A stretch of 64,000 bases of DNA from Nitrospinales bacterium (lineage in GTDB: Bacteria; Nitrospinota; Nitrospinia; Nitrospinales; VA-1): contig OZ253496.1 in NCBI GenBank assembly GCA_965262115.1, positions 1,152,001 to 1,216,000 on the forward strand, written 5' to 3'. Shown here piece by piece: positions 30,604 to 39,567 of this stretch. How positions within the stretch are numbered: position 1 is the first letter of the stretch; the number at the start of each line of letters is the position of its first letter. The translations under genes were made by a program, and so were the position numbers. The notes beneath the pieces are model-generated. The model saw only the letters and a list, made by a program, of their open reading frames with translations, was not told the DNA's origin and ran no database searches.

Positions 30604-31611
30604 ATGCTCAGTATTTTTGTCGAAACCAGTTGCAACCGCTACAACAGGGACGAATGCGAGTTCTGCCATGTGTATGAACCGCTGATGGCGGACCCGGTCT
30701 CTGAATGGCACCTGACTTTGGAGCAAGCCCGGGTAATGGCAGAAAAAATCCAGCGTGTCGAGGTGCTTAACACCTTGGCCCAGCAGGAGATCAACCTGAC
30801 CGGCGGTGAGGCCTCGCAGAACCCCGACATTATCGAGATTTGTAAGGTGTTCCAAACCCTCACACCGCATGTTTGCCTGCACACCAATCTCGACATACTC
30901 TCAGAAACATCCAAACGCTGGCAAAGACTGCTGGGGATCATGGAGCTCGGCGGCCGGGTCGATATCACGCTTTATCCCACTGCATGGGAGAAGTCGCAGA
31001 AACATTTTCTTGGGGCTCTATTGGAAAAACAGAACAACCTGATCATCAATGTCGTTTATGAAAGTCTGGAGCATTTAAAACTTCAGATCGACCTTCTGCT
31101 CGATTTTTTTAAGGAACAGGAACATGTCACGCAACTGCTCGAAACCTACTCAATAAAAGTGGAGACCCTTTTAATCGAACACCCCAACTGCGATGAGAAA
31201 CTGTTCACCACGCATTTTGGAGATACCGAAGCCTTTGCCCGCAAACCGGAACTCACTGTAGGATTGAGTTTGCTACCGGCGTTCAATATTGATGACAACG
31301 GCCAGCGGTCTATGGCATCGATGGCTTTTCCCAGAGACCAATACCTCATTGGCTGTCCCGCCGCACGAGGCTCGATAGACATCATGACCATTCAGCAAAA
31401 TGGTGAAATGACGCCCTGTTGTGATGTTGGCAATTTGAAATGCAAACCCGCGTTCGGCAACCTGTTAATGGATTCGCCGGAAGAAATCATGGAAAAAATG
31501 CAAGTGTCCATGAAGGTACTGGCATCAGGAATCCGCAAAAATCAGGAAAACCAGACAACCGGGAAAGCCGGGCATCTGGTCGAAGAAGGAATCCCCCCTT
31601 ACTGTCACTGA
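30604..31611 (+). CDS. Radical SAM protein, CX7CX2C motif, paralogue of 21510-22529
   Basis: CNRYNRDECEFC, LTGGEA, TPCCDVGNLKC, EEGIPPYC. Confidence 0.85.
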   Translation: MLSIFVETSCNRYNRDECEFCHVYEPLMADPVSEWHLTLEQARVMAEKIQRVEVLNTLAQQEINLTGGEASQNPDIIEICKVFQTLTPHVCLHTNLDILSETSKRWQRLLGIMELGGRVDITLYPTAWEKSQKHFLGALLEKQNNLIINVVYESLEHLKLQIDLLLDFFKEQEHVTQLLETYSIKVETLLIEHPNCDEKLFTTHFGDTEAFARKPELTVGLSLLPAFNIDDNGQRSMASMAFPRDQYLIGCPAARGSIDIMTIQQNGEMTPCCDVGNLKCKPAFGNLLMDSPEEIMEKMQVSMKVLASGIRKNQENQTTGKAGHLVEEGIPPYCH

Positions 31612-31658
31612 CCGGCGCACGGACGGGGGGGATTTAAAACTACTTATGCTATTGCCCA

Positions 31659-33263
31659 TCAAGCTGAAGGAAGTTCTCCAGGAGGCACTTCTTCCTCTTC
31701 TTCTTCGAGGAAATCGTCGTCCTCCTCCTCACCGATCAACAGATTTTCATCATCGACCTTGAGTTCTTCAAACTCTTCTTCCTCTTCTGCTTCTTTCGGA
31801 TAGGGAAGTTCGTTCCAGACCACGATGCGAGAATTGCCCCGGTCACAGATAAAAAGCCTGAATTTGGGTTGCGGCTCCTCTTCGGCAGATTCGCCTTCGG
31901 CTGCTACGAGAGCCGTTTCCCCATTATCATTATCGTCATCATCATCCGCCATGGGAATGCCACGAAATTCTTCCTCCTCCTCGTCCTCATCGATCAACAA
32001 CAAACCATAAGGATCGTTCAAAGTGCAGTTAGAGGCCTCATCCAATTCGCGGTTCACCTGATTTTCAGTGAACGTGGCCTGACCAAACACCAAGTCAGCA
32101 GGTTGTCCATTTTCGGTGGGAAGCTCTTTCCAATACAAGACACGGTTATTACCGGTATCGGAGACAAACAACCCAGCTTTGCCGAACGCCACATCAGTAG
32201 GAAAATACATGCCATCTGCGGATGGACGATGATGCCCATTGTTCCGGTTCGGCTCGCGGTTGAAAAAATCCTTTTGTCCAAGCACCACATCGGCAACAAC
32301 CCCTGTCTCTCTGGGAATTTTATTCCAGATCAACACCCGGTTGTTCCCTTGGTCCACCACAATCACCCGCTCACCCTCGGCATCAAAATGTACGCCTGTT
32401 GGAAAGCTGAGTGTGTCCTGACCCACATTATCGAAATCACCCTGGTTGGGCCAGCGTTCATCCATTCCTTTTTGTCCCAGAGAAACGTCGGCGTTCCAAC
32501 CGTCACTAAAAGGAATTTTGTTCCAGATTAAAACCCGGTGATTGTCCTTATCCGCGACAAACACATGTTGGTCATCGCCAGAGTGGAGGCCCATGGAGAA
32601 AAACAGCGAACCCGAACCGACAAATCCCCGGCGGTTGGCTTCGTTGTCATCCAGGTTATCCTGTCCAAGCACCAGGATCGGAACCTCGCCATCGTCTGAG
32701 GGAATCCCATTCCACCTCAATACCCGATGGTTGCCGCTGTCCACCACATAAAGTTTTCCATCGATCACATCAATACCGGCGGGCTGGGAGAGGGTATCTT
32801 CTTCCGACTTACTGATAGTGAACCCATCCAGACTTTCGTCGCCCAATCCAGAAGTCATTTCATCCAGAGTTGTGGTCATTCCCCGGTTTTCAAGGCAGTC
32901 GGCAAAATCCTCCTGCCCGAGCACCAGTGATGACGGCTCACCATTTTCTTCGGGGAACTGTTCCCAAATCAATACCCGGTGATTTCCTCTGTCAGAGACA
33001 AACAGCATATCGCCATAGACCGCGCAAAATTGAGGTTCACAAAGCGTGTTGTCGCCAGGGTCATCCGCACCCCGATTGGATTGGGACATGGAAAAATCTC
33101 CTTGGCCGATAACCAGAAAAGCACCTGTCTCCAGCACTTCCTCTACAACTGCAACCTCTTCGTCTAACTCATCATCTTCGTCGACTTCATCCAAATCCAT
33201 TTCTTCGTCTTCGGATACACCCAACGAATTCTCGGTATCTTCCATTTCTTTATCATCTGACAT
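31659..33263 (-). CDS. NHL-like propeller (VLGQ.DF repeats) with acidic termini
   Basis: Repeats of V.D.GN.RVL.W..P...ADLVLGQ. Confidence 0.85.
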   Translation of the reverse strand: MSDDKEMEDTENSLGVSEDEEMDLDEVDEDDELDEEVAVVEEVLETGAFLVIGQGDFSMSQSNRGADDPGDNTLCEPQFCAVYGDMLFVSDRGNHRVLIWEQFPEENGEPSSLVLGQEDFADCLENRGMTTTLDEMTSGLGDESLDGFTISKSEEDTLSQPAGIDVIDGKLYVVDSGNHRVLRWNGIPSDDGEVPILVLGQDNLDDNEANRRGFVGSGSLFFSMGLHSGDDQHVFVADKDNHRVLIWNKIPFSDGWNADVSLGQKGMDERWPNQGDFDNVGQDTLSFPTGVHFDAEGERVIVVDQGNNRVLIWNKIPRETGVVADVVLGQKDFFNREPNRNNGHHRPSADGMYFPTDVAFGKAGLFVSDTGNNRVLYWKELPTENGQPADLVFGQATFTENQVNRELDEASNCTLNDPYGLLLIDEDEEEEEFRGIPMADDDDDNDNGETALVAAEGESAEEEPQPKFRLFICDRGNSRIVVWNELPYPKEAEEEEEFEELKVDDENLLIGEEEDDDFLEEEEEEVPPGELPSA

Positions 33264-33338
33264 GAAACAATTCTCCAAATATATAGATTACCAATTCAAA
33301 CTTTTAATTTCTGTATTGCACCCCCTAGCGGGGGAGGC

Positions 33339-33378
33339 TGTGATATCCCCAACATTACCTTCATGCCCCGAATGGGTA
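33339..33378 (+). repeat. 40-bp mini-element copy
   Basis: TGTGATATCCCC...TTCATGCCCCGAATGGGTA. Confidence 0.75.
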
Positions 33379-33458
33379 AACTGGCAAGGGCAAATTATCC
33401 AAGATAATTCATTCTCGCCAAACGAGTCATTGCAATCTACCACTGGCAGTTACGCCAG

Positions 33459-35057
33459 TCAGGGTAATTCCAGCGCCTTAAGTCTTTGCCACATGGAAAT
33501 GACTTTTCGGCCGTTACGATCCTGGTGTTTTCCGTCCCAAATGGCGAACGCCACAAGTACGGGATTTTTTCTTTTAAACTTTATATCCCATTTATTCAAA
33601 GAATCCAAGGTCCGAAAGAACACCACGCTCCATTTTCCCTCTTTCCAAACCCCTTTGCCCAGCACATTCTGCTTGGTTTGAGGCTGGGGAGTCAGCGTCC
33701 CAAACCCTTCTGCATTCAACTCTTCAACAGGAACATCCCTGAATGGATTGAGCGCATCGACCGGGTTGACTTCACCCCCGAAGATCATGGTATCCAAATC
33801 CAGACCTTTGGTGGCGTATTCGAGCTTTTCCTTGGTTTCAATTTCCGTTTGCCAGTCCGCCCGCCACTGCCAGATATTGACCACTTTGCCCCGGTTTCCC
33901 ATGCCAAAGAACGGCTCATTGTGACCGTGTTTGTGTAACAACACCTCGCCCAGAGCAAACTCCATGGCGATGGCGTCCTTAAAATCCTGATGGCGGCTCG
34001 AAGTCCGGTCCGGCTGGGAATCTTCCCACACCAACCGGAAGGCGATTCCCTCATCATTCACGACAGACTGGAACTGAATCTGGTCAACCGGATCCCTGCG
34101 CGCATTAAGAGGCATCGTGTGTATGTTCTGAACCGGAACATTTTCCCACAATGGATTCTCCGGGTCCATGTCAATTTCCTGATCAACGCGATACGTGGTC
34201 AGGTCTATTTCATATTGGGCCGGTTTGAATTTCTCTTTCCTGATTTCAGATTCAAGATAGGAGGACAAATCCCACCGTTCTTCATCCGTCAGGTGATTGT
34301 AAGATTTCATCGGGGTGCCATCGATCCCCGTTGTTAAAATCAGGAACAAGTCTTTCTTATCGAATCCAAATTTAAATGTATTGGGATCGGTCAGGTCATA
34401 AACGAACACTCGATGATCCCAAATATCATAAAGTTCAGCGGCAATGGGCCCGTCGCCCTTTAAATCCGTCCCATGACACCGGGAGCAACGCATTTCCTGA
34501 TAAACCTTCTTACCCCTTTCAACAGATTCGGGGGTGGATGCAGGAACCGCTGGTATCGTTATTGCCTCTTTTGGTTTTTCCTTTTCAAACTTTTTTGAAA
34601 ACGTCTTAATATATTCGACAGCGCCCGAGATTTCATCTTCCGTCAGAGCCCCTCCCCATGAAGGCATGGAAGTACCCGGAACCCCACGACTGATGGTCCG
34701 GTGAATATCCTTGTCCAGGGGAAGCGAACCAAACGGTGTGGTTCGATATTTAAACACACCCTGCCTGAAATCCCTCGGCCATGGATAAAGATAGGCCATG
34801 GCTTTACCTCCGCCATTACCATCATCACCATGGCAAAACACGCACATATGCTTGTAAACCGTGGCACCCAGGCGCAGAAGATCCTTCTCCTGACCGGGTG
34901 AAGATGCCGAACCATGAGCATTTTCCATAGGCCCGTGAGCATACAAAGGCGTTATCCCAAACACCAACCCAAACAGGACCAGAAAAAAAATCAGGCTTTT
35001 TTCGTTAACGCACTCCCAAGCTCGGAGTTGAAAGCGTATAAAGTTCTTCATTGCCAT
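33459..35057 (-). CDS. Diheme cytochrome c fused to EB_dh/DMSO-reductase-II heme-b-type domain (NxrC-like candidate)
   Basis: CVFCH, CSRCH; F.DA.A, MG...VNIWQWRA, AEGFGTLT, AFAIWDG..DRNGRK. Confidence 0.85.
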   Translation of the reverse strand: MAMKNFIRFQLRAWECVNEKSLIFFLVLFGLVFGITPLYAHGPMENAHGSASSPGQEKDLLRLGATVYKHMCVFCHGDDGNGGGKAMAYLYPWPRDFRQGVFKYRTTPFGSLPLDKDIHRTISRGVPGTSMPSWGGALTEDEISGAVEYIKTFSKKFEKEKPKEAITIPAVPASTPESVERGKKVYQEMRCSRCHGTDLKGDGPIAAELYDIWDHRVFVYDLTDPNTFKFGFDKKDLFLILTTGIDGTPMKSYNHLTDEERWDLSSYLESEIRKEKFKPAQYEIDLTTYRVDQEIDMDPENPLWENVPVQNIHTMPLNARRDPVDQIQFQSVVNDEGIAFRLVWEDSQPDRTSSRHQDFKDAIAMEFALGEVLLHKHGHNEPFFGMGNRGKVVNIWQWRADWQTEIETKEKLEYATKGLDLDTMIFGGEVNPVDALNPFRDVPVEELNAEGFGTLTPQPQTKQNVLGKGVWKEGKWSVVFFRTLDSLNKWDIKFKRKNPVLVAFAIWDGKHQDRNGRKVISMWQRLKALELP

Positions 35058-35478
35058 TTAAACCATCTTCCGCGACATCCACCCAGATATCATTGCAGTT
35101 GCGTTTCGAATCAACACCTTTGCAATAAAAGAGCGGATTGCGATTGGCAAAAAACACCACCGGATGGGAAAAGTAAACACTCAAGTTATCGAACTTGGCA
35201 ATCTCAATGGCCTGCTCTATCGTAGTCTCTTCAGCTGAGGCCTTGCGGATCACTTTTCGAATGACCATATAATCCAGCTTGCCTTCCCGATCCAAATCGT
35301 AGTAGGTAGAAATCAAACCGGGCACACTCAACGATTCCCAACCGCGATAGGAGGGGTGATTCCAACCAGGTTCTTTGGGAATTCCAAGATTTGACAAACC
35401 GGGGTCATCCTGCGCCCAGACCAAAACCGGCCCGAAAACAAATAAAATCAAGACAATGAGCAGACCTGGCTTTCTCAA
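35005..35478 (-). CDS. Secreted hypothetical protein
   Basis: Signal peptide, YDLDREGKLDY, two Cys. Confidence 0.65.
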   Translation of the reverse strand: MRKPGLLIVLILFVFGPVLVWAQDDPGLSNLGIPKEPGWNHPSYRGWESLSVPGLISTYYDLDREGKLDYMVIRKVIRKASAEETTIEQAIEIAKFDNLSVYFSHPVVFFANRNPLFYCKGVDSKRNCNDIWVDVAEDGLNGNEELYTLSTPSLGVR

Positions 35479-35594
35479 TATCCTACCTACTTTGATCGGA
35501 CGCCAAAAGCCGCCCTACCTTCTTTTGTAAAGGTTTAATACTCTTAACCTAACACATTTCGATAATCAATCAAAAGCCTAATCCCCACTCGGCG

Positions 35595-35633
35595 TACCCC
35601 TTCGGGGCATGAAGGCTGACGAGGGGCATAACA
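35595..35633 (-). repeat. 40-bp mini-element copy inside a CCACTCGGCGTG repeat
   Basis: CCACTCGGCG|TACCCCTTCGGGGCATGAA...ATAACA|TG. Confidence 0.75.
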
Positions 35634-35733
35634 TGCTGCCAACGAGCAACCGACGAGCCGCCGAGGGCAACTAGCAATAACTCAGTCTGGCTAGAAAAGG
35701 CTTGTCTCGGCTGCATGGGCCATGGCTTGCCAG

Positions 35734-36099
35734 TTATTCCATCGCCTTCGGAACATCGGAGAAGATTTGAAAAACATCGTGTAGCTTGGCCATGTCGAAA
35801 ACCTCTTTGGGGGCACCTTGAAGGCCGACCAGAACAAACCGGCCCTCATCTTTAAGCGTCTGATAGCAACGAATAAAAACACTGATGGTTGAGCTGTCGA
35901 GATAAGTGACTTTTTCCAGATTCATAATGAATTTGTTGAAACCCCTTTTCCGATACGCGTCCACAAGAAGGTTGAGTTCCTGGGAATTGTAAACATCCAA
36001 CTGGCCAGCAAGATCGATGCTGAGGGTGTCTTTTTCATCCCTGCAATCGGTATCAATTTTTCCCATTAACCCCAAAATCTCTTTATGTATTTTTTCCAT
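35734..36099 (-). CDS. STAS anti-sigma-factor antagonist
   Basis: L.G.LD, V.YLDSS. Confidence 0.88.
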   Translation of the reverse strand: MEKIHKEILGLMGKIDTDCRDEKDTLSIDLAGQLDVYNSQELNLLVDAYRKRGFNKFIMNLEKVTYLDSSTISVFIRCYQTLKDEGRFVLVGLQGAPKEVFDMAKLHDVFQIFSDVPKAME

Positions 36100-36144
36100 G
36101 AAAACAACCTTTAAATTGGAAAGTTCCAGCAGAATTCTAACGGA

Positions 36145-36582
36145 TTAAAACTGTTTTTCATAATGTTTCGGATCGGTACTGCGGGGTTCGCAGTCATGCC
36201 AATAGTTTTTCTTTTCCGGCTCAATTTTTCGTGTTGAAGGATTCTCCCTAAACAAGGATCCTCCCTAAACAATGAAGCCACCATACGAATCAGAGTGAAT
36301 AAGACAAGATAACACCAACCCCAGAATCAGTTTGAAATTAAAGTTACCCACCACTTCCCCGAATTTCATCCAGGCCCGGTGAACCGGCTCCAACCGGGCG
36401 GGAGCAAGCAGTCCCAGTATCAGGAAAAACAGCACCCAGACTGCCAGCGCCATTCCTGCAGTGTCCCAGGCCTTATAAAGAAAAAGCGCCACGAAACAGG
36501 AAAGTACTCCGGCCATCATCAAGCCGTATTGCTTCAGCTGTTTTTCGGTGGGCTCAGAATGATTCACTAGTATTCGCTCCAA
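36145..36582 (-). pseudogene. SxtJ-family membrane protein, frameshifted
   Basis: P.HRAWM.FG; C-terminus YW...HYEKQF* lies in another frame; 17-bp tandem duplication at 36238-36271. Confidence 0.7.
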
Positions 36583-36611
36583 AACTTTAAGAAATTTAAA
36601 TTACCAGAAAA

Positions 36612-37355
36612 TTAGTCGCCTGCGTAGAGAGAATTTAACTCTGCCTCACTCAGATCACCGGCAGACCCATCATAAACGATTCGTCCTTCGCTTAAGGCAA
36701 GAATTCTCGAGCCAAATTCCCGCGCCAGTGCGGGCAGGTGCAGATTGCACAACAGGGTCACGCCATCTTTTTCATTGAATTCTGCCAGGAGTTCCATGAT
36801 CTGCCTGGATGAGGCCGGGTCCAGGCTGGATACCGGCTCATCGGCAAGAATCAGTTCCGGCCCCTGCATCAAGGCACGGGCCAATCCCACCCGTTGCTGT
36901 TGTCCGCCGCTGAGTTCTTCTGACCGGTGAGAATATTTGTCGGCAAGACCCAGCCGGTCGAGAACCTGACGGGAACGCGCCACATCTTCGTCTGAAAAAC
37001 AGTTCACTATGGAAGCGAGGGATGAAGTCCAGGCCAACCGACCCATCAGGGCTTTGGATTGAACCGAGTATCGCGGGATGAGGTTGTACTGCTGAAAAAT
37101 CATCCCGGTTTTTTTTCTGATCTCCCGTAACCTTTTCGGCGAGGCGCCGGTGACTTCTTCCCCATCCAGAAAAATTTTTCCAGAACTGGGTTCTACGAGG
37201 CGGTTGATGCATCGCATGAGAGTAGATTTTCCCGAACCGCTTTTACCCAGTACCACGACAAATTCTCCCCACTCCACGGAAAAGGAAACATTCCTCAAAG
37301 CAACGGTGCCATTTTCATAGGTTTTACTGAGTCCATCTATTTTCAACATCGTCAT
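36612..37355 (-). CDS. phnC: Phosphonate-type ABC ATPase
   Basis: GKSGSGKSTL..CINRL, LSGGQQQRV, ADEPVSSLDP, NLH. Confidence 0.9.
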   Translation of the reverse strand: MTMLKIDGLSKTYENGTVALRNVSFSVEWGEFVVVLGKSGSGKSTLMRCINRLVEPSSGKIFLDGEEVTGASPKRLREIRKKTGMIFQQYNLIPRYSVQSKALMGRLAWTSSLASIVNCFSDEDVARSRQVLDRLGLADKYSHRSEELSGGQQQRVGLARALMQGPELILADEPVSSLDPASSRQIMELLAEFNEKDGVTLLCNLHLPALAREFGSRILALSEGRIVYDGSAGDLSEAELNSLYAGD

Positions 37356-38242
37356 TTGTCGCCCAGATTCAAATTCAACAAACGCCCCGCTTCCCGAACC
37401 GGGTCGAACAAGCCATCCAGATCGGTGAACCCACTGATGCCATAGAGTTTCTTGAGAATCTTACTGCCCCTGGGCGAATGCGACATTTTTTTAAGTCCTT
37501 CGCAGATTTCCAGTTTTAACTCTTCGGGCAGTTCCTTGCGGACAGAAACCGTGTCGTTGGGAATCTCTTTGGTGTAGGCAATGACCTTGATCTTGTCAAA
37601 AACATCCGGAAAGGTTTTAGCCACAGCTGATCGAGAACCTTCATAAGCCGCCCCGCCATCGACCTCGCCTTTATATAAGGAAAGAACCACCGCGTTATGC
37701 GACCCGACAAAAACACTTTTCTTGAAAAAATGTTCGGGATCAAATCCTTGTGAGAGAAGCAGGGTTTTAGGATACAAATGGCCGGATGTGGAAGCCGGGT
37801 CGACAAAAGCAAAACGCTTTCCTTTCAGTCCGGCAAGGTCCTGAATGCCGCTATCGGCCCGAACCATGATCTGGCCGCGGTAAAAAGGACTGCCAAACCT
37901 TTGCACCACCAGCAAAAGCTCCACCCCATATTTATCATGCGCCAGTACATAGCTGAAAGCCGCCAGCCAGCCGATATCCACCTTTCCTGCACCCATCGCC
38001 TCAATGACCGCCGCATAACTGGTCGCGACCGAAGTTTTAAAATGCAGTCCGGTCGCTGTTTGCAGAAGCTGACCGATTTCCCGGCCACCCTTCAGGATCA
38101 CCTGCGCATCGCCGGAAGGCACGAACATCATTCGCAGTGGATTTTCAGCACTGCCCAAAGATTGCGCCTCGGATGCAAGGGGCAACACCAACCAGAACAG
38201 AAGAAAAGTTTGCAATGAAAGAGGAACCCGGCGGGTGATCAA
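37352..38242 (-). CDS. phnD: Phosphate/phosphite/phosphonate ABC binding protein
   Basis: YAAVIEAM, DPASTSGHLYP, GSHNA, IPND. Confidence 0.88.
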   Translation of the reverse strand: MITRRVPLSLQTFLLFWLVLPLASEAQSLGSAENPLRMMFVPSGDAQVILKGGREIGQLLQTATGLHFKTSVATSYAAVIEAMGAGKVDIGWLAAFSYVLAHDKYGVELLLVVQRFGSPFYRGQIMVRADSGIQDLAGLKGKRFAFVDPASTSGHLYPKTLLLSQGFDPEHFFKKSVFVGSHNAVVLSLYKGEVDGGAAYEGSRSAVAKTFPDVFDKIKVIAYTKEIPNDTVSVRKELPEELKLEICEGLKKMSHSPRGSKILKKLYGISGFTDLDGLFDPVREAGRLLNLNLGDK

Positions 38243-38310
38243 GGAAGACTCCGGCGAAGAATTAAGTCAGATCTATTATAGCATTTTGGCCGAGCCGGAA
38301 AAAATGGCAC

Positions 38311-38353
38311 AAAAAAAGGGGTAAACCGCATGAGCGGCTTACCCCTTTTAAAA
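38311..38353 (-). terminator. Terminator
   Basis: AAAAGGGGTAA...TTACCCCTTTT hairpin with an A-tract. Confidence 0.7.
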
Positions 38354-38362
38354 AAACTTACC

Positions 38363-38797
38363 TTATTTTACAAAGGTACTGCGGATGTATTTAACAACAT
38401 CCCAGATTTCTTTGTCTTTCAAGGTCTTTTTATGAGCCGCCATACCGGTTCCCTTAGAACCATTTTTGATGATATGGAACATCTGGCCGGCAGAAACTTT
38501 TTTCATCGTTGCAGCACAAACAAAGTTACGCGGAGCAGGCTTCAGGGCTTTGCCCAATTTTCCACCGCCATCGCCTTTGTCACCATGACACATTTTACAA
38601 GCCATCGGTTTGGCTTTTTTCATGTAAATCGCTTTACCGTTTGCCACATCCGCCTTCGCGGTCATATCCTTCTTACCAATAGCACCAGGAGCTGATTTGG
38701 TTTTCCGCACTTGCGGACATTTGGCAGCTGCAAACGTAGAGCTCACTGCAACCAAGCTGAAAATAACCATCACACTCAGTATCAAAGCCTTTTTCAT
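38363..38797 (-). CDS. Basic periplasmic monoheme cytochrome c
   Basis: Signal peptide, CKMCH, axial Met in GTGM, GAGGAGG RBS. Confidence 0.92.
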   Translation of the reverse strand: MKKALILSVMVIFSLVAVSSTFAAAKCPQVRKTKSAPGAIGKKDMTAKADVANGKAIYMKKAKPMACKMCHGDKGDGGGKLGKALKPAPRNFVCAATMKKVSAGQMFHIIKNGSKGTGMAAHKKTLKDKEIWDVVKYIRSTFVK

Positions 38798-39567
38798 CTA
38801 ACAACCTCCTCTTAATTAGTGAATTGAACCTAAAATTATCACTCCAACCTTAAAATCGGGTCTGACCTTTCAAATTATTACCAGCTGGGTTCAAGGCAAG
38901 GAAACAACAAACCTCAAAAAATCAAAACCTTAAACCTTCGTCAGTGATTTACTTCCGCAAAAATTCGCATTTTAAAAAAGAGCACCGCATTATAATCCAT
39001 TCCAATACCCTGTCAACAGAAAATTCCCGGGCTGAAAACAGAGCGTCACACCTTGACATTCATCAAAAATCCAATCCTTTTTCCCCCGGTTTCAGGTCAG
39101 CCCCATGGGGTTTTTCCATTTTTTCGACAAGCCCGTTAATCCATTGAAAATAATTGAATAATTTTATTTTTAATGGCTGAACCCATCACTATCGGGCCAA
39201 TTTTTCTTGATAGCCCTGCCCGAATAATGTATATTCAGACCATAGTCGATGTTGATTAAGAATTTTCGCGGTTTCAGGCTTCAAAGCTCTTGGAATTTGG
39301 CTGTCGCGACGGTGGCCCGGTATGGGGCCTCAAAACAATCTGTTTTGAGGGGGCATTCCTCTTGAAACAGTGCGTGAGGTCATTGCTTTCAAAGGCCATC
39401 TTAAATAATCCCCCCCCCAAAAATACAGATGTTCTTATAACTTTTCAACTTTGAGAAGCACAGGGAATTGTTGTCGATGGGCAGGGCGGATCGAAAGGTT
39501 TAAAATCATGAAATCCGCCAGATATCAGTAAGTTGCAAATATTAATTATTTTAATTGGGGGTGAGAG

